A stretch of DNA of 64,000 bases from Candidatus Cloacimonadales bacterium (GTDB lineage: Bacteria; Cloacimonadota; Cloacimonadia; Cloacimonadales; JAIOQZ01). Shown piece by piece: positions 10,865 through 21,121 of this stretch (position 1 is the first letter of the stretch; every line of letters starts with the position of its first letter). The DNA lies in assembly GCA_963674825.1 (NCBI GenBank), contig OY771587.1, forward strand, positions 960,001 to 1,024,000, read 5' to 3'. The notes below the pieces were generated by a model, which did no database searches, was not told the origin of the DNA, and saw nothing but the letters and a program-made list of their open reading frames with translations. The position numbers were made by a program, and so were the translations under genes.

Positions 10865-11899
10865 TTATTCTACATGCGCCTTATTAGTTGTTGATACAGA
10901 GGGCAATTCATCGGTGTCTCGTGTCATTAAAAAAGTTTTTTGAAATGCAACGTTAAGAAATTCACCAAGCTTTGCATTGCCTTCACGTGTAAGGTGGCCA
11001 TCCCCATTGAAACGAGATTCTGGTTTTAAAATCTCTTCATTGTATTCGTAATTAATGCCATTCATCCGGCAGAAGCTATCAAGTAATTCATTTGCCTCAT
11101 GGCAATCATTAAAAGAAACAAGCAGAAAATCTTTACCATATGTTCTTTGAAATTGTAACAGAGATTCCTTTAGTGCATCAGATAACTCTGGAGTACAAGG
11201 AACTTCACTATACCCATCAGCTATTTCATTATTCACTTCTCTTATACGTTTTGGAAGCGACATTATCGATCGCGCAATCAGATTAATGAAGCTGGAATGG
11301 TGACGTACTTGAGCAGCTAGGCGATATAATCTTGAATACCCGATTTCCTCTCCAAAACGCTCTGGGAGAGTGAAATCTAATGGATATTCATGCCGTTTCA
11401 GCCATTCGTCATACGTACCCTCTATTGCCAGAATGATTTTATCAGGTTCATAGAATTTTGAATAAAATTGAGTCTTGAACCACAATGTATACGGATCATT
11501 TCCTGAGCCTCCTAGGTTGAGAACGCTATAGTCAGGATATTGCTGCTTCAACTCCTTATCGAATACTGACGTAGCTGTTTCTGTTCTACTGACCTGAAAT
11601 GCTTCGATGAACGACGAACCAATCAAGAAAATGTACCGATGATAGGTACTGGAATCAAAATCGGGGCCATTCAATCCGATATTATTCAATTTGAATTTTC
11701 TATTACCACCCTCAACATTCCAGAATTCATAATACGCATCATGTATTTTTATTTTCTGAGTTTTCGCACCATCTCTTCGATAAACAAACTGCCGGCTACT
11801 AAAACCAACAGGATAATTTACTGCAAACCGAACCAGTAGTTCAACAACAATCAAAGCGGTTAATGCTCCCAAGAAAATTAACAATATCTTTCTGATCAT
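10865..11899 (-). CDS. Membrane-anchored SGNH/GDSL-like protein (paralog of 8437..9417)
   Basis: LIGSSFIEA, NLGGSG, DGHLTREGN; same architecture as its paralog. Confidence 0.6.
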   Translation of the reverse strand: MIRKILLIFLGALTALIVVELLVRFAVNYPVGFSSRQFVYRRDGAKTQKIKIHDAYYEFWNVEGGNRKFKLNNIGLNGPDFDSSTYHRYIFLIGSSFIEAFQVSRTETATSVFDKELKQQYPDYSVLNLGGSGNDPYTLWFKTQFYSKFYEPDKIILAIEGTYDEWLKRHEYPLDFTLPERFGEEIGYSRLYRLAAQVRHHSSFINLIARSIMSLPKRIREVNNEIADGYSEVPCTPELSDALKESLLQFQRTYGKDFLLVSFNDCHEANELLDSFCRMNGINYEYNEEILKPESRFNGDGHLTREGNAKLGEFLNVAFQKTFLMTRDTDELPSVSTTNKAHVE

Positions 11900-12022
11900 C
11901 TTCCAATTTATTCCCTATCTACAAATTTCCCTATTCTATACATACTATTCACTTAGCCTACCTTAAGACAAGTATACATTTCTTTGAAATACAAAATGAG
12001 TTATATGTCAAGCGGTTTGTTC

Positions 12023-13687
12023 TCAATTGCTACAACTCGATGATTCAATCAGTTCCAGCATGCCGTCAGTTACACGGTACACCTTGTCGCATATATCGAG
12101 GAATGCATGGTTGTGAGATGTGATGATAACGATCCGGTCTCTGGAGAACGCTTTCACCGATTCCAGAATAATCTCCTCGGTCTGCTTATCAACATTGGAG
12201 GTCGGCTCGTCAAGTATCAACAGCTTCGGATCTTTGACCAACGCCCGTGCGATGGCAATACGCTGTTTTTCCCCCACAGAGATCCCTGTTCCACTCGGAC
12301 CAAACATCGTATTATACTGCTCCGGTAGATTCAGGATGAATCCATCCGCACCTGCAAGTTCGGCAGCTTTACGGACTTCCTCATCGGTGGCATTTGGTTT
12401 TCCAAAGCGGATGTTCTCGTAAACGCTGTCGTGAAGAAGCACCGGCTCCTGCTCCACGTAGGCAGCGATATAGCGCAAAGCCGCAGTCTGGTTCTTCTTC
12501 AACGTACGGTTTTCGTTGATCGTCACGCTACCGTCGATCGGCTCGTAAAGGCCTATCAGGTTCATCAGGAGGCAAGACTTCCCGCAGCCGGAGTGTCCGA
12601 CGAGCCCGATCACCTCGTTTTTGTGGAACGTCGCGTCTTTCACCGTAACGACCGACTTCACGGAGTCGTAAGAGCAGGCGAAGTCCTCGAATCGCAGTTC
12701 GTTTATATCACCCGGATTCTCGCCAATATACTCCGGCTCGTCATTGCAGAGCTCGTTCATTCGCTCGAGTGCTGGAATGCTCTTCTGGATGTTGTTAATC
12801 TGCGAAATCATCTCCATCGCCGGTTCGCTAACCAACGAGTAGTATGAGATATACGCCACTAATTGACCGATGGTTAGCTGATCATGCATGATATACCATG
12901 CTCCCAAACCCAGGATCAACACCGATCTGGAAGTCGTATAAAAAGCCATGAAAAATCCCTGATATGCCCCGATGTTAATTACAGGCTGGAAGGCCTTGAA
13001 GAATCGGGCGATACCATCATGCCAGTATGAAAGCACCTTCTGGTGATTCATGTAAAGCTTGGCAAATGGCGCCCAGATAATGGCATTCTGCATATAGCCG
13101 TTCAACTTTCCGAAGTACTCCAAGATCTTTGCATATCGATTACGCACCGCATCACCGAAGAAATACAAAATGATCAGCACGAATGCAAGATACGACAGTG
13201 TAATAACCGACATCAACCAGTTCATCTGGATCAGCAGAATGCATCCGATCACGATGACAATAACAGCTTTCAAGATGTGGATAGCCTGGTCTGCAAGCAT
13301 GCTCGAAAGCTGATGTGTGTCGTTGTTGATCCTGCCTACCCAGTACCCGACATCGTTTTTCTTTAGATTACTCATCGGCGTACGAATCAAGTTCTCTACC
13401 GCCATACTCTTGATCGAAAAGAGGATCTTCCAGTTGAAGAATGACCCGAATTTAGTCCGACAGAAGACAAGAAAGCTCCGCACGAAGGCAAAGAGCAGAA
13501 GCACAGCCATCAGGTTGATCATCTGCTGCCAGTCTTTGGATGGAATTGCGAAATCGATTACACGCTGGGTGATGTAAGGCGTAGCATATGCTAGAATCGA
13601 TGTGAAGAGAACCAGAAAGAAGAAGTAGAGGTAAAATCCGATGTATTTACGAGTGATCAAGAACAGAATGTTGGATTTCTGCTTCAT
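12023..13687 (-). CDS. ABC exporter, fused permease/ATP-binding
   Basis: N-terminal TM domain; GHSGCGKS Walker A, ISVGEKQRIAIARAL, LILDEPT. Confidence 0.9.
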   Translation of the reverse strand: MKQKSNILFLITRKYIGFYLYFFFLVLFTSILAYATPYITQRVIDFAIPSKDWQQMINLMAVLLLFAFVRSFLVFCRTKFGSFFNWKILFSIKSMAVENLIRTPMSNLKKNDVGYWVGRINNDTHQLSSMLADQAIHILKAVIVIVIGCILLIQMNWLMSVITLSYLAFVLIILYFFGDAVRNRYAKILEYFGKLNGYMQNAIIWAPFAKLYMNHQKVLSYWHDGIARFFKAFQPVINIGAYQGFFMAFYTTSRSVLILGLGAWYIMHDQLTIGQLVAYISYYSLVSEPAMEMISQINNIQKSIPALERMNELCNDEPEYIGENPGDINELRFEDFACSYDSVKSVVTVKDATFHKNEVIGLVGHSGCGKSCLLMNLIGLYEPIDGSVTINENRTLKKNQTAALRYIAAYVEQEPVLLHDSVYENIRFGKPNATDEEVRKAAELAGADGFILNLPEQYNTMFGPSGTGISVGEKQRIAIARALVKDPKLLILDEPTSNVDKQTEEIILESVKAFSRDRIVIITSHNHAFLDICDKVYRVTDGMLELIESSSCSN

Positions 13688-13824
13688 TGCGTCCTCTTAT
13701 CGATCATGAAGAAATACAGGTTTAACTTCCAAGTGTGCTGTACTCATCTGCTTGCCCCAAAAATGGGGAATCAACATTCTCAGCCGGACATCCAGAAGTT
13801 GATTTTATAATCGTTGTGAGGCTT

Positions 13825-15003
13825 TTACAGCAGTCCTACTTCCTTGCCCACCATGTAGAATTTTTCCAGCGCGAAATCGAGCTGCTCACGGGTGTGCGTG
13901 GCCATGAAGCTGCAACGGATCAGCGTGTCGTTCGGCGCAACAGCCGGCGGGATCACCGGGTTGATAAAGACGCCTTCTTCGTCCAGACGCTTCCACATTT
14001 GGAATGCGGTCATCATCTCGCCCACATGCAGCGGGATCACCGGTGTGTTGGAGGTTCCGGTCTCGTAACCCATATCCTTGAATGATTTTAGCATGTAGTT
14101 GGTGTTTTCCCAGAGCTTTTCGATTCGCTCCGGTTCGCTCTCGATGATGTCCAGCGCAGCGAGCACGGATGCTGCTGATGCAGGTGGTAGTGACGCGCTG
14201 AAAATGAGCGCGCGTGAGAAATGCTTGAGATAGTGTATAATTTCTTCATCCGCGGCGATAAATCCGCCCACGGAGGCAAGTGATTTGCTGAAAGTACCCA
14301 TGATGATCTCGGTGTCATTCACCGCGTCGAAATAGCGAGCGCATCCAGCGCCGCTTTCGTGCAAGACGCCCAGCGAGTGCGCTTCATCGATCATCAGACC
14401 AAAGTTGTATTTCTTCTTAAGTTCGAGGATTCCGGGGATATCCGCGATGTCGCCTTCCATGCTGAAGATACCATCCACCACGACAAGCGCATTAGCGCCT
14501 TCAGCCTTGATCAGAGTCTTTTCAAGGCTTTCGATGTCGTTGTGATTGTAGCGCAGCATCTTACCCATGGAGAGCCGGCAGCCATCGATAATGGAAGCAT
14601 GATCGAGCTTATCGGTGACGATGAATTCGTTCTTGTTCACGATCGCGGAAATCGCACCAACATTCGCCTGATATCCAGTGGCGAATACAAGAGCTGCCTC
14701 TTTGCCCACGAACTGTGCCAGTCTTTTCTCCAGCTCGATGTGAATATCAAGCGTACCGTTCAGAAACCGAGATCCGGCGCAACCGGAGCCATATTTGTCG
14801 ATTGCATCCTGCGCAGCCTTCTTGACTTTCGGATGTGTAGTAAGACCCAGATAGCTGTTGGAGCCCATCATCAGCATTTTCTTGCCGTTGACCAGCACTT
14901 CAGTTTCCTGCTCGGTGGAGATAATACGAAAGTACGGATAGTAACCCAGCGCCATGACTTCTCTGGCGCGCGTGAAATTCTTGCATTTGTCTATGATACT
15001 CAT
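13825..15003 (-). CDS. PLP-dependent alpha-oxoamine synthase, probably serine palmitoyltransferase
   Basis: GSNSYLGL, GSRFLNGT, DHASIIDG, DEAH, GTFSKSLASVGG; N-terminus YPYFRIISTEQETEV resembles Bacteroidetes Spt. Confidence 0.75.
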   Translation of the reverse strand: MSIIDKCKNFTRAREVMALGYYPYFRIISTEQETEVLVNGKKMLMMGSNSYLGLTTHPKVKKAAQDAIDKYGSGCAGSRFLNGTLDIHIELEKRLAQFVGKEAALVFATGYQANVGAISAIVNKNEFIVTDKLDHASIIDGCRLSMGKMLRYNHNDIESLEKTLIKAEGANALVVVDGIFSMEGDIADIPGILELKKKYNFGLMIDEAHSLGVLHESGAGCARYFDAVNDTEIIMGTFSKSLASVGGFIAADEEIIHYLKHFSRALIFSASLPPASAASVLAALDIIESEPERIEKLWENTNYMLKSFKDMGYETGTSNTPVIPLHVGEMMTAFQMWKRLDEEGVFINPVIPPAVAPNDTLIRCSFMATHTREQLDFALEKFYMVGKEVGLL

Positions 15004-15050
15004 ACGGAATCCATGTTGTTTGATTGTTCGTATTTATTCAGGTTATCTCA

Positions 15051-16118
15051 TCAGATTATCTCGAATTCCTTAAGATTCTTATACATGACCATCACGAGGC
15101 CACGGACAAGAAACACGCCTGGAACCGATAAAAACATTCCTAAAATTCCAAACAGATACCCACCGGCAATAACTGTCAACATGATTATTAACGGGTGCAT
15201 CTCTGTTTTGTTTCCGATAACAATAGGATAGATGAAGTTATTGTCCAGCACTTGTACAAGCGCCATACCTCCAGCAACCCACAGGATCATGATTGGATCT
15301 TGCCCGGAAATCAGCACGGACGACACTGCCAGAATGGTTCCAATCCACGGGCCGAAATAGGGAATCGCGTTGGCAAACCCGGCGACGATGCCTATCAGAA
15401 GCGAATATTTCACACCGAAGACTGTCAACACAATGGTCGCGAGAATGCCTACAATGATAATCTCGATGAGCAGTGCACGCATGTAGGTACCAATGATGTC
15501 ATCAATCTTTTCCAGCATAATGAGAGTCAGCTCGAAGTAGCGATTGGGGATTATTTTAAGAAACCAGCTCTTGATCGATTCTTCGTCCTTGAGCAGGAAA
15601 AAGCCCACAATCGGGATCGCAACGATGAATGACATCAGCGTAATAAATACCCGAACCAGATCACCCAGGTTGGACAGCAGACCGGTCGTCTGGCGTTCTA
15701 CGAAACCGACGATCTTCTCCTGCACCTGATCCATGGGGATGCCCAGCTTACCTTCCAGTTGTCCGAAGAATTTATCGACGTGCTCCATCACCTTTAGTTT
15801 TGACGTCAATGGTTCACCTTGCTGCATGAACATTCTTAGCGACGAGCCTATTTCTTGGGCTTGATCAATCACGGCCGGAATCAGAAACCACATACCGGCA
15901 AAAATGATCAGTATGAATAGCGAATAGACAATGATGATCGCTACCAGACGATTGATTCTCCAGCTTTCCAGCATGGTGGTCAGCGGCTTCAGAAGATACG
16001 CGAAGATCAATCCCGCAATAAGATAAGAGAGAATACGCGAATAGAAAATAATCCCGAGGACAACCAATATCAGAACGAATCCGTAGAATACGGAGCGGAC
16101 AGTTCTACTCTTGTTCAT
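15051..16118 (-). CDS. AI-2E family transporter (PerM-like)
   Basis: AYLLKP, FFLLKD, IPYFGPWIG, HPLIIMLTVIAGGYLFGILG. Confidence 0.88.
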   Translation of the reverse strand: MNKSRTVRSVFYGFVLILVVLGIIFYSRILSYLIAGLIFAYLLKPLTTMLESWRINRLVAIIIVYSLFILIIFAGMWFLIPAVIDQAQEIGSSLRMFMQQGEPLTSKLKVMEHVDKFFGQLEGKLGIPMDQVQEKIVGFVERQTTGLLSNLGDLVRVFITLMSFIVAIPIVGFFLLKDEESIKSWFLKIIPNRYFELTLIMLEKIDDIIGTYMRALLIEIIIVGILATIVLTVFGVKYSLLIGIVAGFANAIPYFGPWIGTILAVSSVLISGQDPIMILWVAGGMALVQVLDNNFIYPIVIGNKTEMHPLIIMLTVIAGGYLFGILGMFLSVPGVFLVRGLVMVMYKNLKEFEII

Positions 16119-16608
16119 CGGTGATCTCGCGGAGCTTTTTGTTCGTCTCCACCACATTGTTGCTCAGTCCTTTGCCGAGTTCGTACACGATCTTGACGCC
16201 GATGCGGGGATATTTGTCGATCATATCCTGGAAATCGACCTTGGAAACGGCGAGCAAAATTGTGTCTTCAGATGCTATAGCTGTGGCGGTACGACTTGTT
16301 TCGATGAAAAGACCGATCTCGCCAAAAAACGATTGTGGATTCAACTCTGCAAGCTTGATCGGGTCACCATCTTCCTGCTCCAGAACGATATCGACTTTCC
16401 CACGTTTGACAATGTAGAGCACTGCGTGAGGATAACCTTCTCGGAAAATCACTTCTCCGGGTTTATACTCCCGCTGATGCATGAGCCGTGAGAAAATCTT
16501 CAGCTCGTAGTGGTTCAGATGCTTCAGAAAATCGATTTCGCGTAAGAAACGCGTATCGTGCTTATTACCGTCTTTGTCCTTCGTCTTGAGCAGACAGAAG
16601 ATTCCCAT
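16105..16608 (-). CDS. Cyclic nucleotide-binding domain protein
   Basis: IFREG...LYIVKRGKV...FFGEIGL...RTATAIA. Confidence 0.88.
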   Translation of the reverse strand: MGIFCLLKTKDKDGNKHDTRFLREIDFLKHLNHYELKIFSRLMHQREYKPGEVIFREGYPHAVLYIVKRGKVDIVLEQEDGDPIKLAELNPQSFFGEIGLFIETSRTATAIASEDTILLAVSKVDFQDMIDKYPRIGVKIVYELGKGLSNNVVETNKKLREITDEQE

Positions 16609-16618
16609 GCTACCCCCT

Positions 16619-17206
16619 CTACAGAATGAATTTCAGTGAATGGGCGACACCGAGTGTGATCGATGTGACCACTACGCCGGCAATGAGTACTCCTATAAAG
16701 ATACAGGCGATTGACTTCCAGAACTTCAACCCCAACAGATACGCCGCAAACGATCCTGTCCAAGCGCCCGTTACCGGAAGCGGTATGGCGACGAACAAAA
16801 TCAGGCCCAGCTCTTCGTATTTCTCAACGACGGCGCTGCGCTTGCGGGTACGTGTAAAGATCCACTCGAGAAATCGTTTCGACCATTGATAACGAAAACC
16901 GATCTTGGTAATCCAATCCAGAAAGATCAAGAGGAAAAAGATGGGAACCATGTTTCCAACGACGCTCAGCAGGTATACCTTCCACCACGCGAGGTCAAAA
17001 AACTCGATTCCAATCGGGATGGAACCGCGAAGCTCGAAGATTGGGAGAAATGAAATCAGACAAACGATGCTCTCTGACGACATCCCGGTCTGCTCAAGCT
17101 TTGCCACGAATCGCGTCTTCCAGCCAGCCTCATGAGCTGGAGCTTCCTCCGCAAACATGGGTATCAATATGCAAATCAGAACGATTAGTAAAACTACTCT
17201 TGCCAA
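16619..17206 (-). CDS. Small multi-drug export family membrane protein (COG2426)
   Basis: LPIFELRGSIPIG and LFVAIPLPVTGAWTG motifs; TTG start overlapping the pcm end is inferred. Confidence 0.85.
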   Translation of the reverse strand: MARVVLLIVLICILIPMFAEEAPAHEAGWKTRFVAKLEQTGMSSESIVCLISFLPIFELRGSIPIGIEFFDLAWWKVYLLSVVGNMVPIFFLLIFLDWITKIGFRYQWSKRFLEWIFTRTRKRSAVVEKYEELGLILFVAIPLPVTGAWTGSFAAYLLGLKFWKSIACIFIGVLIAGVVVTSITLGVAHSLKFIL

Positions 17207-17847
17207 CCTTCTTCTCCCACAAGCGGAACAAATGCGCATCCGCCCCACTTTTCCTGTATGAATTCGCCGTTTTGGCGTGTGATGCAGATTAATTCCTGTA
17301 CATAGCGCGATCCCGCGGGAATGACCAGTCTACCGCCCTCGGCAAGCTGCTCCAGCAACGGCTGAGGAATCTTTGGCGCTGCGGCTGCGACCACGATGCG
17401 ATCAAACTCGTTTACAGGTGGATAGGCCTTTTCCCAGCCTCGCGTCCCATCGCCGACGCGAAAATGGATATTCTCGTAGCCCATCGTTGTCAAGGTGCGC
17501 TTGGCACGTCTGAGGAGTGGATCAATGCGCTCGACGGTGTAGACTTCTTTCACCAGTTCTGCCAAAAGCGCGGTTTGGTAACCACTGCCGGTGCCGATCT
17601 CCAGCACCCGGTGCTCCGGTTCGAGCTCGAGCAAGCTGAGCATGAGCGATACGATGTAGGGTTGCGAGATTGTCTGCCCCTCTCCGATCGAAAGCGGATG
17701 ATCAGCATAAGAATGCATCTTGAAATCGTCTGGGACAAATTCTTCGCGCGGAACCTTCATGAAGGCCGCCAGCACTTTTACGTCACTGATCCCGCGAGCT
17801 TCCAGGTTATCGCGAACCATGATGCGACGTTGATCTTCAAACTTCAT
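17194..17847 (-). CDS. pcm: Protein-L-isoaspartate O-methyltransferase
   Basis: GQTISQPY, VLEIGTGSGYQ, FVPLVG; downstream of surE. Confidence 0.95.
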   Translation of the reverse strand: MKFEDQRRIMVRDNLEARGISDVKVLAAFMKVPREEFVPDDFKMHSYADHPLSIGEGQTISQPYIVSLMLSLLELEPEHRVLEIGTGSGYQTALLAELVKEVYTVERIDPLLRRAKRTLTTMGYENIHFRVGDGTRGWEKAYPPVNEFDRIVVAAAAPKIPQPLLEQLAEGGRLVIPAGSRYVQELICITRQNGEFIQEKWGGCAFVPLVGEEGWQE

Positions 17848-18622
17848 CCGGGTCCTCCGGCTGCTCGAAGAGATCGACGTTGTCTATCCAACGAGAGATG
17901 GGCTTCACTGTATTGTCGCACATGAAGTCCGGATAGAGCGGTGAAATAGAGATACTTCCTGCGTGAACGCAGGCGAAATCGGTACCGTCGTCTTTTGACC
18001 AGTACTGGATATCGCCACCGACGATGTAGGACATATTGCCCTCTTCGTCGATACACTCTCGAACAAAATTTCGGTAGTGGCGATGCCCGGGACGGGTCAA
18101 CTGAATTCCCCTGACCTGATCCCGTGGAAGATTAGGGACATTGATATTGATAATGTTTTCTTCTCCAACCAGGTCGGCTATTCCTCGCTCAAGCATCTCG
18201 GCGATATACCAAGCAGCAGTCTCGAAATGTTGATCCTTATAATCCTGAATGGACACGGCAATAGATTTCCAACCGAGAAACATCGCTTCCAGCGCGGCGG
18301 CGACAGTTCCCGAATAGAGGATATCCTCACCCATGTTCTGCCCGGAATTGATACCGCTGATAACAATATCCGGATCCTGCTTGAGAATCATCTGCTGCGC
18401 CATGAACACGCAATCAACCGGGGTACCCGTGACCGCGTGACGGTCAGTACCACGATTCTGGACATATAGCGGTTTACGGATTGTAATGGAATGAGACGAC
18501 GCGCTGCGCTCGCTTTCCGGTGCGACCATGATCACATGATGTCCGCGCTTCTTGAGCTCTTCCGCCAGGACGTTGATCCCGATCGCGTCAATCCCGTCAT
18601 CGTTCGTTAATAATATACGCAA
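17837..18622 (-). CDS. surE: 5'/3'-nucleotidase SurE
   Basis: ILLTNDDGI, GTPVDCV, SGINSGQN, YSGTVAAA. Confidence 0.96.
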   Translation of the reverse strand: MRILLTNDDGIDAIGINVLAEELKKRGHHVIMVAPESERSASSHSITIRKPLYVQNRGTDRHAVTGTPVDCVFMAQQMILKQDPDIVISGINSGQNMGEDILYSGTVAAALEAMFLGWKSIAVSIQDYKDQHFETAAWYIAEMLERGIADLVGEENIININVPNLPRDQVRGIQLTRPGHRHYRNFVRECIDEEGNMSYIVGGDIQYWSKDDGTDFACVHAGSISISPLYPDFMCDNTVKPISRWIDNVDLFEQPEDPDEV

Positions 18623-18645
18623 TGATCTATCCTTTCAAGATGTTA

Positions 18646-18945
18646 TTACATAAACTTCTGCATCACAACCAGCCCGACAAGAACCATCACGATCACGACA
18701 GCGACGATACTGATCAGCCTTCCATGCCGCCTGAAGATCCGCGACCACGAAGCTGGCCTTGCCATCTCGATCCCGCTGCCATGAAGCACGCGATAAGCCT
18801 TTTGTGTCGGTAGAATCCACTTGACCTTACCCCGTTTTGTCAAATAGGGCATATAGCCTCTTTGGAGGAGATATTGTTTATTCTCGTCGCTGATGTTGGT
18901 TACTTCATCAGGGCTGAGAAACTGGTCTCTTTCTTGTTCCTTCAT
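18646..18945 (-). CDS. Hypothetical protein with C-terminal TM helix
   Basis: Fills the operon gap between GT2 and surE; hydrophobic C-terminus. Confidence 0.6.
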   Translation of the reverse strand: MKEQERDQFLSPDEVTNISDENKQYLLQRGYMPYLTKRGKVKWILPTQKAYRVLHGSGIEMARPASWSRIFRRHGRLISIVAVVIVMVLVGLVVMQKFM

Positions 18946-19612
18946 ATAGAATGACTCCAAGGAAATTCATAATATCCCGAACGTGTCGGATATGGCTGGG
19001 CTGGTCGTTGTAGATCGTGCTGATAGGTATATGTGCAACGACGGCACCCTTTCGAACGTATTCGAAGAGGATCTCTGTCTCCAGCTGATATCGCTCGGTA
19101 CGCAGGATGCATCCCTTGAGGGGTTCGAGTCCATAAAGACGGTACCCGCTCTGCGAATCACATATCCTCGTGCCGGACATCAGCGTCACGATCAGACTGG
19201 TAAGAGTGTTGCTCGCGACACGGGCCATGGGCATACCGCTACGAAAGAACGCGCGTTTGCCAAGAACCAGATCAGCGTTCGCTTCCCGTTGTTTGATCAG
19301 AAAGCGTTCCATCTGGTCTGGATGGTGCTGCATGTCGCTGTCCATCGTCAGCACAAATTCGAATCCCTGCCTCATCGCGAGGTTGAACCCCACCTTGAGA
19401 GCAGAACCCTTGCCGCGGTTGCGATGCATACGGTGAAGCTGTACGCCGTGGTCGAGGCAGATATCCGCCGAGTCGTCCGAAGAGGCATCATCCACACAGA
19501 TAACGTTCTCCGCGGACGTATTCGCCAAGACGCCCCAGAGCAGTTCCGGAAGCGTCTCACCGGCGTTATAGACCGGTATCACAACCGCAGTGTTTTCCCA
19601 GCTTGCCTGCAT
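18908..19612 (-). CDS. Glycosyltransferase family 2 (DPM synthase-like)
   Basis: VVIPVYN, VDDASSD, NRGKG, MDSDMQH, DSQSGYR. Confidence 0.9.
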   Translation of the reverse strand: MQASWENTAVVIPVYNAGETLPELLWGVLANTSAENVICVDDASSDDSADICLDHGVQLHRMHRNRGKGSALKVGFNLAMRQGFEFVLTMDSDMQHHPDQMERFLIKQREANADLVLGKRAFFRSGMPMARVASNTLTSLIVTLMSGTRICDSQSGYRLYGLEPLKGCILRTERYQLETEILFEYVRKGAVVAHIPISTIYNDQPSHIRHVRDIMNFLGVILYEGTRKRPVSQP

Positions 19613-19648
19613 ATTTTTTCGTTCCAAGCGATTTATTTCATGCGCGGA

Positions 19649-21037
19649 TTATTTCCGCTTCGATTTCCAGATCGTACCGTCTTTGGTATCCAGCAACTCG
19701 ATGCCGATATCGGCGAGGTCGTTGCGGATTTTATCGGCCATAGTGTAGTTCTTTTCCTTCTTGAAGAGCTGACGGTACTCGATGAACATTTCCACCAGCT
19801 TGCCGGAGAGATCGTCCTTGCGGAGCTTGTCTTCCAGATTCGAGAAGAATCCCAGCACGCTTCCGATCTCGACCAGCGCATGCGCGTACTGGATTCGCTC
19901 TTCGACCGGTTCGGAGAGGTTTTTGATATTGCGCGCCAGGTCGAACAACAGTGCAACAGCCTTGGCGGTGTTGAAATCGTCGTCCATCGCAGCCTTGAAG
20001 TCATCGATATACGCCTGCACCTTCTCATCGAATTGCGGTTTCTCATCCATGATCTTCAGGAAGTCCACAAACTCCAGCGCATCATAGAAATTCGCCACAC
20101 CGCTCTTGCTCTCTTCAAGCAGGTCCGGTGAATAGTCGATCGGGCTGCGGTAGTGCTTCGAGAGGAAGAACAGCCGGACCACTTCGGGATCGAATTTGTC
20201 CAGCACGTCGCGCGTGGTGAAGAAATTGCCCAAGCTCTTGGACATCTTCTCACCGGCCATGTTCAGGAAACCGCCGTGCATCCAGTAGCGAGCCAGCGGC
20301 TTGCCGTTCTGAGCGTACGCCTGAGCCTGTTCGTTCTCGTGATGAGGAAACACCAGGTCAACCGCTCCGCCGTGGATATCGAAGGTCTCGCCCAGAAGAT
20401 CGCGGGACATCACCACACATTCGGTGTGCCATCCCGGACGGCCTTCACCCCAGGGGCTATTCCAGGTCGGTTCGCCCGGCTTGGATTTCTTCCACAGGGT
20501 GAAATCGAGCGGATTGCGCTTCTGCTTGTTCTCCTGAATGCGTGCACCGACAAGCTGCTCGTCTGTTTTCTTGCCGGAGAGGCTGCCGTAGTTATCGAGC
20601 TGATCCACCGAGAAATAAACATCGCCATCAGCCTCGTAGGCGAATCCCTTCTTCTCCAGATCGCGAATAAAACCGATCATCTTGCCGATGTACTCGGTTG
20701 CCTTGGGCGAGTGGTCGGTTGGGCGTAGACCCAGACGGCCTGTATCCTCGAAAAACGCCTTGGTGTAATGCTCTGCGACTTTCTCGAAAGGGATATTTTC
20801 GGCAATAGCCTGGTTGATGATCTTGTCGTCGATATCGGTGATGTTTTGCACAAAGGTGACGTCGTAACCGGCATACTCGAAGTAACGTCGGACCACGTCG
20901 AAGAACAAAAACGTACGTGCATTGCCGATGTGAAAGTAGTTATATACGGTCGGTCCGCAGGCATAGAGCTTGACTTTGCCGGGTTCGACCGGTGTGAATT
21001 CTTCTTTTGTCCGTGACTGTGTGTTGTAAATTTTCAT
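19649..21037 (-). CDS. cysS: Cysteine--tRNA ligase
   Basis: CGPTVY, HIGN, GRPGWHTEC, FPHHENE, KMSKS. Confidence 0.97.
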   Translation of the reverse strand: MKIYNTQSRTKEEFTPVEPGKVKLYACGPTVYNYFHIGNARTFLFFDVVRRYFEYAGYDVTFVQNITDIDDKIINQAIAENIPFEKVAEHYTKAFFEDTGRLGLRPTDHSPKATEYIGKMIGFIRDLEKKGFAYEADGDVYFSVDQLDNYGSLSGKKTDEQLVGARIQENKQKRNPLDFTLWKKSKPGEPTWNSPWGEGRPGWHTECVVMSRDLLGETFDIHGGAVDLVFPHHENEQAQAYAQNGKPLARYWMHGGFLNMAGEKMSKSLGNFFTTRDVLDKFDPEVVRLFFLSKHYRSPIDYSPDLLEESKSGVANFYDALEFVDFLKIMDEKPQFDEKVQAYIDDFKAAMDDDFNTAKAVALLFDLARNIKNLSEPVEERIQYAHALVEIGSVLGFFSNLEDKLRKDDLSGKLVEMFIEYRQLFKKEKNYTMADKIRNDLADIGIELLDTKDGTIWKSKRK

Positions 21038-21121
21038 CTATCCTCCGGAAAGGCATTTCCAGTTTTTTTGTTTGCACTGTTCGGAGATAAGCGCTTACAG
21101 AATGCGTGAAAGATGCTTAGA

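Noticed and set aside
12023..13687. RiPP/bacteriocin exporter cluster
   Set aside because: No C39 peptidase domain, precursor peptide or modifying enzyme nearby
6827..20131. Long antisense ORFs (6827..8131 -, 14359..15231 +, 18983..20131 +)
   Set aside because: They overlap well-supported genes on the opposite strand and have no recognisable motifs
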